Positions 27,730 through 32,000 of a stretch of 32,000 nt of DNA are shown piece by piece. The translations under genes were made by a program, and so were the position numbers. The stretch is taken from NCBI GenBank assembly GCA_963706795.1, contig OY970170.1, positions 480,001-512,000 on the forward strand, written 5' to 3'. Numbering within the stretch: position 1 is the first letter of the stretch; every line of letters begins with the position of its first letter. This stretch comes from Candidatus Saccharimonadota bacterium. Its GTDB lineage: Bacteria; Patescibacteriota; Gracilibacteria; BD1-5; UBA2023. The notes below the pieces were generated by a model. It was not told where the DNA came from. It saw nothing but the letters and a program-made list of their open reading frames with translations, and ran no database searches.

Positions 27730-27787
27730 GGAAATCTAATCTATTGAATGATGTCTAGAGTGTATGAGAAGTCGCCAGAATGAAAAA

Positions 27788-28143
27788 TTAAAAACCGCTC
27801 TGGAGCTCGACCATTTCGTAATATGTACCCTTATTGGCAAGGGGTTCGCTGTGCTGGCCGCCCGAGAGACGGATTCATCGTTCGCCGATTTCGGTCTCAA
27901 GTCCATGAGGTGAGATTTTCGTGGATAGTGCCGTCAAAGACCGAAGGATCTTGAGTGAGATAGCCGATTTTTGAGAAGTAGGTCTTTCTGGCTATCTGAG
28001 TCATATCCTGAGAGGATCTTCATGAGCGTGGTCTTCCCACTTCCAGAAGCACCGACAAGGGCAATCTAGCGACCTCATGGGAAATCCTTTAGTGGTGTCA
28101 GAAATCGTTTTGCGTCAGACAAAAATGAGGAGGATTTTTCCAT
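27788..28143 (-). pseudogene. Decayed remnant of an ABCB/MsbA-type exporter ATPase domain
   Basis: Three different frames carry consecutive NBD pieces: Walker A IALVGASGSGKTTLMKILSG (28027-28053), preceded by an in-frame TAG (28066-28068); KIGYLTQDPSVFDGTIHENL; and GLETEIGERGIRLSGGQ (27854-27868), fused directly to the C-terminal ...NKGTYYEMVELQSGF*. The Walker B, D-loop and H-loop regions and the whole TM domain are missing. Confidence 0.75.
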
Positions 28144-28231
28144 GTGACGGGGATTAAAAAACGGTTCGCGGAGTATAGAGACGATTTTTAGAACGCAAAA
28201 AGAAAAAATGCAGAAATATATTTTTAAGCAT

Positions 28232-28268
28232 AAAAAAAACCTCCTTCGCCTTGGGAGCTTTGGAGGAG
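28232..28268 (-). terminator. Rho-independent terminator after rpmA
   Basis: The minus strand reads CCTCC...GGAGG enclosing AAAGCTCCCAAGGCGAA, followed by TTTTTTTT. It starts 6 nt after the rpmA stop. Confidence 0.6.
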
Positions 28269-28273
28269 TTTAA

Positions 28274-28555
28274 TTATGCTGGAGTAACAACATTAATGTA
28301 CATATCGCGGTATACACGACCATCGAAGCGAACTCGACGTTTTTCTTCAAAGTGAACGACACCATCCGCAGTAGCGAAGAGAGTGAAGTCGACACCCTGA
28401 GAAACATTTGCACCTGGCCAGAACTTATTTCCTTTCTGACGGATGATGATGTTACCAGAGAGTGCTGGTTGTCCTCCGAAGATTTTCACTCCGAGACGTT
28501 TTGCATTGGAATCACGACCGTTCGTGGTGGATCCTTGCGCCTTTTTATGAGCCAT
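28274..28555 (-). CDS. rpmA: 50S ribosomal protein L27 (bL27)
   Basis: ORF-track protein [28 protein letters not shown]... Confidence 0.93.
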   Translation of the reverse strand: MAHKKAQGSTTNGRDSNAKRLGVKIFGGQPALSGNIIIRQKGNKFWPGANVSQGVDFTLFATADGVVHFEEKRRVRFDGRVYRDMYINVVTPA

Positions 28556-28583
28556 TTTGGGTAAAAGTAAGTTCTAGTTGATG

Positions 28584-28611
28584 AGTATATCCAGAGTTTG
28601 TTTCTTGGAAA
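28584..28611 (-). promoter_or_regulatory. Possible promoter for rpmA
   Basis: The minus strand reads TTTCCA (28611-28606), a 16-nt spacer, then TATACT (28589-28584), about 28 nt upstream of the rpmA ATG and downstream of repeat copy B. Confidence 0.35.
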
Positions 28612-28638
28612 CTCCCATCCTAGGAGCTTCCCGTAAAC

Positions 28639-28738
28639 TTCTTGAAAAACGATGAGATTTGCGTGAAAGACGAGTACCGGAGTGAGGCGTAGCAGAAGCT
28701 ACGTTGAACGAGGAACAGAGTCTTGAACGCAAAGATCG
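28639..28738 (-). repeat. Copy B of the conserved structured intergenic element (candidate complex terminator or 3'UTR RNA); strand is tentative
   Basis: Aligns to 1867-1990. It begins 14 nt after the rpsG stop. The outer helix CGAT...TTTGCGT / ACGCAAA...ATCG encloses an AAGAC/GTCTT helix and the hairpin GGCGTAGC-AGAA-GCTACGTT. The minus-strand reading ends in CGTTTTT. Confidence 0.5.
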
Positions 28739-28752
28739 CGTTTTACAAAAGT

Positions 28753-29205
28753 TTACTTATTAGCGAAGCGGGCAAAAGCCTTGTTGGCCTCAGCCATCTT
28801 GTACACTTCGAGCTTCTTCTTTACTGCATTTCCAGTTTCCTGTGATGCTTCGAGAAGTTCGTTAGCAAGGAAGTTTGAGAATTCAGAACCTGATTTAGAA
28901 CGAGCAGAAGCAAGAATCCATCGGATTGCGAGCGCAAGCTGACGCTTAGGCTTTACTTCCTGTGGAACCTGGTAGATTGAACCACCAACTCGCTTAGGAC
29001 GAACTTCGATACGAGGCATAACATTCTCGAGTGCCTTTTCGAAGACTTCCTCTGGATTTGCGTGACCCTTGGTCTTGATAACCTCAAAAGCGTTGGTGAT
29101 GATCTTCATGGCGAGGTACTTCTTTCCCTCTTTCATGACATAGTTCACGAACTTCATGAGCTTTTCATTCTTCATATTGAGCGATACGCTTCCTTTCGTA
29201 CTCAT
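28753..29205 (-). CDS. rpsG: 30S ribosomal protein S7 (uS7)
   Basis: ORF-track protein ...MKEGKKYLAMKI...VRPKRVGGSIYQVP...AEANKAFA.F... Confidence 0.92.
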   Translation of the reverse strand: MSTKGSVSLNMKNEKLMKFVNYVMKEGKKYLAMKIITNAFEVIKTKGHANPEEVFEKALENVMPRIEVRPKRVGGSIYQVPQEVKPKRQLALAIRWILASARSKSGSEFSNFLANELLEASQETGNAVKKKLEVYKMAEANKAFARFANK

Positions 29206-29228
29206 AGTTGAGAGCTAAAATAGTTGAA

Positions 29229-29648
29229 TTATTTCTTTGCCTTAGGCTTCTTTGCTCCGTAGAGAGAGCGGCTTCGTCCACGCTTTTCAACACCCTGTGT
29301 ATCGAGAACTCCTCGAACGATATGGTATCGAACTCCTGGAAGATCCTTCGCACGTCCTCCACGAACGAGAACTACCGAGTGTTCCTGAAGGTTGTGACCT
29401 TCTCCACCGATGTAGCAGATAACCTCGTACCCGTTTGTAAGACGAACCTTTGCAACCTTTCGGAGAGCCGAGTTTGGCTTCTTTGGAGTCATAGTGTACA
29501 CCTTTGTACATACACCTCGCTTCTGTGGAGATGCAAGAGCAGTAGTTGTACGCTTGATGCTGTTTCTGCTGAGTTGAAGAGCTGGAGACTTACTCTTGCG
29601 AGCTTTGTCTTTACGAGGCTTTCGGATGAGCTGATTAATCGTTGTCAT
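29229..29648 (-). CDS. rpsL: 30S ribosomal protein S12 (uS12)
   Basis: ORF-track protein [10 protein letters not shown]...[19 protein letters not shown]...[13 protein letters not shown]... Confidence 0.95.
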   Translation of the reverse strand: MTTINQLIRKPRKDKARKSKSPALQLSRNSIKRTTTALASPQKRGVCTKVYTMTPKKPNSALRKVAKVRLTNGYEVICYIGGEGHNLQEHSVVLVRGGRAKDLPGVRYHIVRGVLDTQGVEKRGRSRSLYGAKKPKAKK

Positions 29649-29666
29649 GAGAGATAATATCGGGAA

Positions 29667-30062
29667 TTAACGCTTGGACCACTGAGATGCCTTTCGAGCC
29701 TTGTGGAGACCTGGTTTCTTTCGTTCTACCTTACGAGCATCTCGTGTGAGCATTCCTGCACCACGAAGTGTCTTTCGGAGATCTTCGCTCGATTCTACGA
29801 GGGCGCGAGCAAGACCGTGGGCGATAGCCTGAGCCTGTGCAGATTCACCTCCGCCTTCCACCTTGATATCGAATCGAACACGATCTGTAAGTCCTGCGAC
29901 TTTAATCGGAGCGAAAAGATGTGTGAAAAGGTCACCACGGTGTACATACTCAGTGAGTGGTTTACCGTTGACCGTAGATTCACCTGGTGTAATGAAGAGG
30001 CGAACCTGAGCGACTGCCGACTTTCGGCGTCCTACAGCGTAGAAATACTTGAGAGCTGTCAT
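29667..30062 (-). CDS. rpsI: 30S ribosomal protein S9 (uS9)
   Basis: ORF-track protein ...GRRKSAVAQVRL...TRDAR.VERKK.G..KARK..Q.SKR. Confidence 0.93.
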   Translation of the reverse strand: MTALKYFYAVGRRKSAVAQVRLFITPGESTVNGKPLTEYVHRGDLFTHLFAPIKVAGLTDRVRFDIKVEGGGESAQAQAIAHGLARALVESSEDLRKTLRGAGMLTRDARKVERKKPGLHKARKASQWSKR

Positions 30063-30071
30063 AAAAAGAGA

Positions 30072-30503
30072 CTAGATAGAGAGAGTTTCAGGTTGTTGTG
30101 CAGCATACTGATGTTCAGTACCTACTTCGAGCTTCAGACGTTGAATCATCGTAGAACGGTGAGAGTTCTTTGGGAGCATTCCAGAAACTGCATGGCGAAG
30201 AACCTCAGTAGGCTTTTTAACGCGCATTCGTTCGAGAGGAACTTCCTTGAGACCACCCATGTATTGTGAGTGAGATCGGTAGAGCTTCTGCTCTTCCTTA
30301 GAACCAGTAACCGCAACCTTCCCTGCATTGAGAACTACAACGTAGTCACCATTGTCAACGTGAGGAGCAAAGTCTACTTTATTCTTACCTTTAAGGTACG
30401 TAGCGATCAATGTTGCGAGGCGACCGAGGGTCTTTCCTTCAGCATCGATGATGAACCACTTTCGGGCATCACCTTTGATCTGCTTTGGCATGAGTGTTTT
30501 CAT
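30072..30503 (-). CDS. rplM: 50S ribosomal protein L13 (uL13)
   Basis: ORF-track protein ...KWFIIDAEGKTLGRLAT.IA..L.GK....F.PHVD.GDYVVV.NA... Confidence 0.93.
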   Translation of the reverse strand: MKTLMPKQIKGDARKWFIIDAEGKTLGRLATLIATYLKGKNKVDFAPHVDNGDYVVVLNAGKVAVTGSKEEQKLYRSHSQYMGGLKEVPLERMRVKKPTEVLRHAVSGMLPKNSHRSTMIQRLKLEVGTEHQYAAQQPETLSI

Positions 30504-30509
30504 TGTGCT

Positions 30510-30869
30510 TTATTTAACGAGTTCGAGTTTCACAACTTTTGCAGCATCACCATCACGATACTTGATCGCAGTGATACGAGTAAATCCAGAGGTCTGATCC
30601 TTGAACTTTGGAGCAACATTGTTGAAGAGTTCAACAGAAGCAGCCTTAGTGAAAAGAATAGACATAACCTCACGGATAGCAACCATCTCATTGTCGCTAT
30701 TAGCAACATTTATAAGACGATCGATTTCTCCGACGATAGCATTTGCTTGCTTCTCAGTTGTCGTGATTGACTTGTGAGTGAAGAAGCTCGTCAAAAGATT
30801 GCGAAGCACAGCAGAGCGGTGGTCTTTATCTTTTGTGTGGAATTTTACTTTTTTAACGCGGTGTCGCAT
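30510..30869 (-). CDS. rplQ: 50S ribosomal protein L17 (bL17)
   Basis: ORF-track protein MRHRVKKVKF...HRSAVLRNLLTSFF.H..I.TT.. Confidence 0.9.
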   Translation of the reverse strand: MRHRVKKVKFHTKDKDHRSAVLRNLLTSFFTHKSITTTEKQANAIVGEIDRLINVANSDNEMVAIREVMSILFTKAASVELFNNVAPKFKDQTSGFTRITAIKYRDGDAAKVVKLELVK

Positions 30870-30892
30870 AGTATGGTGATTTTGAAAACTTT

Positions 30893-31873
30893 TTAGTCGT
30901 CTCCGAGGAGTTTGAGTCCACGCTCACGAAGTGCGTCGCGGACTTCTGTCATTGCCTTCTTTCCGAATCCCTTGATCGAAGAGAGCTTTGCTTCTGTACA
31001 CTTTGTAAGCTGCTCGATGGAGAGAATCTCACCATTAACGAGAGCATTGAGTGTACGAGGAGAAAGTCCGATGATTTCAATAGGAGTATAGGTTTCTTTT
31101 TCGAGATCAGCTTTGATTTCTTGTTTTTCTTTTTCGAGGATTTCCTTGATATCTCCGATGAATGAACCTTCTACCTGAAGACCTTCTTCGTTGAAGATTC
31201 CAAAGTAAGAAGTGAGCATGTCACCTGAAAATCTAAGAACTTCTTCAGGAGTCATGATTCCGTTTGTGGCAATAACCATTTCGAGTGCATCGAGATTGGT
31301 CATTTCACCTACACGCTGAGACTTTACTTCGTACTTTACTGAGAGAACTGGAGAGAAGTTTGCATCGATGAGGAGTACATTCACGTCTTCTTCGCGCTCT
31401 TTGAGAACATCAACTCCGAGGTAACCAACTGATTTTTCAACGCGGATACTCATGTCGAGCTCGAATCCATCGCGGTCAATTTCAGTGATATAGAGATCAG
31501 GATTCTGAATCTTTACATTAGAGCTTGCTTTGATGTCCTTTGCGCTAACAACTCCTGCCTTTGATTTTACGATGTGGATCCATTCCATATCAGTTCCGCT
31601 CATAGAAACCACGAGGCCCTTGAGATTGAGGAGGATGTCGAGTACTGAATTCTTGATTCCTGGGATTGTAGAGTATTCGTGACCGATTCCCTTGATCTTA
31701 ACTCCGGTAACTCGGCAGCCTGGGATCGAAGAGAGCATCACCCGACGAAGAGAGTTTCCAATAGTTACGCCGTATCCTGAAGGAAGTGGCTGAACCGTGA
31801 ACTTCGCTTCATGAATACCCGTCGTCTCCTGGAGAATCTTTGGTACGCCGATGAGATTGTGGATGATGTGCAT
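30893..31873 (-). CDS. rpoA: DNA-directed RNA polymerase subunit alpha
   Basis: ORF-track protein ...PLPSGYGVTIGNSLRRVMLSSIPG... with a C-terminal HhH domain ...LSPRTLNAL...I.QL.... I prefer ATG 31873 (MHIIHNL...) to the upstream TTG 31891. Confidence 0.93.
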   Translation of the reverse strand: MHIIHNLIGVPKILQETTGIHEAKFTVQPLPSGYGVTIGNSLRRVMLSSIPGCRVTGVKIKGIGHEYSTIPGIKNSVLDILLNLKGLVVSMSGTDMEWIHIVKSKAGVVSAKDIKASSNVKIQNPDLYITEIDRDGFELDMSIRVEKSVGYLGVDVLKEREEDVNVLLIDANFSPVLSVKYEVKSQRVGEMTNLDALEMVIATNGIMTPEEVLRFSGDMLTSYFGIFNEEGLQVEGSFIGDIKEILEKEKQEIKADLEKETYTPIEIIGLSPRTLNALVNGEILSIEQLTKCTEAKLSSIKGFGKKAMTEVRDALRERGLKLLGDD

Positions 31874-31915
31874 AGAAGAATGATGAGACAAGTAGCAGAG
31901 AGAATGCCCTTGAGA

Positions 31916-32000
31916 TTATTTCGAGTAGAATTCGATGATCTTTTGGATGTCGATAGAACGGTCGAAATCTTCTTTTGCTGGGAGAGCCTTAACAGTAATT
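31916..32000 (-). CDS. rpsD: 30S ribosomal protein S4 (uS4), C-terminal 27 codons only
   Basis: The minus-strand frame reads ...ITVKALPAKEDFDRSIDIQKIIEFYSK* and ends at TAA (31916-31918). Its position directly upstream of rpoA fits. Confidence 0.7.
   Translation of the reverse strand, partial: ITVKALPAKEDFDRSIDIQKIIEFYSK

Noticed and set aside
27788-28143. The ABC ATPase remnant as a degraded ftsE partner of the adjacent ftsX.
   Set aside because: The signature-region context (GLETEIGERGIRLSGGQ) and the C-terminal G-YYEMVELQ motif are of exporter (ABCB/MsbA) type, not FtsE type.
28650-28672. Hammerhead-like CGATGAG ... GAAA in repeat copy B.
   Set aside because: It lacks the full CUGAUGA core. 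The GAAA is GAAG in copy A, and no stem I, II, III arrangement with a cleavage-site triplet could be drawn.
1-32000. In-frame TGA codons read as pseudogenisation, sequencing errors, selenocysteine or UGA=Trp (table 4).
   Set aside because: The TGAs fall on invariant Gly positions in essential ribosomal proteins (uL6, uS19, uL24). They are too frequent for Sec, and no SECIS-like hairpins follow them. Trp would not fit those conserved positions. Frames stay continuous across every TGA.
1-32000. CRISPR arrays, rRNA genes, IS elements or prophage content.
   Set aside because: I found no spaced direct repeats, no rRNA-like conserved stretches and no transposase or phage-type ORFs on either strand.

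Overview
This 32-kb window, coded mostly on the minus strand, comes from a Patescibacteria/CPR-type bacterium that reads UGA as glycine (translation table 25, as in Absconditabacteria/SR1 and Gracilibacteria). The supplied standard-code ORF track therefore splits or truncates 17 genes. I re-joined them: about 30 in-frame TGA codons, several at invariant Gly positions of ribosomal proteins, and every true stop I checked is TAA or TAG.

Gene content, left to right:
- A DnaQ-like DEDDh exonuclease (partial) and an RBBP9/YdeN-type serine hydrolase.
- An rplC-to-secY ribosomal block (1998-11916) with no L30 gene. It ends right after secY.
- A 12.6-kb non-ribosomal wedge. It holds an SDR oxidoreductase, a four-gene operon (AI-2E-family permease, OmpR-type response regulator, histidine kinase, secreted coiled-coil protein), two orphan hypothetical genes, gyrA, tmk, a 464-aa type IV pilin-like protein and a VirB2/TrbC-like small membrane protein.
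- A KH-domain protein, rpsP, tRNA-Leu(UAA), rpmB, rpsJ, tuf, an apparently split bS20-like ORF pair, tRNA-Ala(UGC), tRNA-Asp(GUC), ftsX, a decayed ABC-exporter ATPase remnant and rpmA.
- A tightly packed rpsD-rpoA-rplQ-rplM-rpsI-rpsL-rpsG block.

The most unusual signal that annotation does not explain is a structured element of about 100-125 nt present twice, at 1867-1990 just after secY and at 28639-28738 just after rpsG. The two copies share conserved unpaired motifs, show compensatory helix changes, and have a conserved U5 tract on the minus strand.

Other notable points are the rearranged ribosomal operon architecture, the near absence of Shine-Dalgarno motifs upstream of ribosomal protein genes, and several near-consensus sigma70-type promoters and intrinsic terminators.

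All calls rest on reading the sequence and on recognised family motifs. No database search was run.
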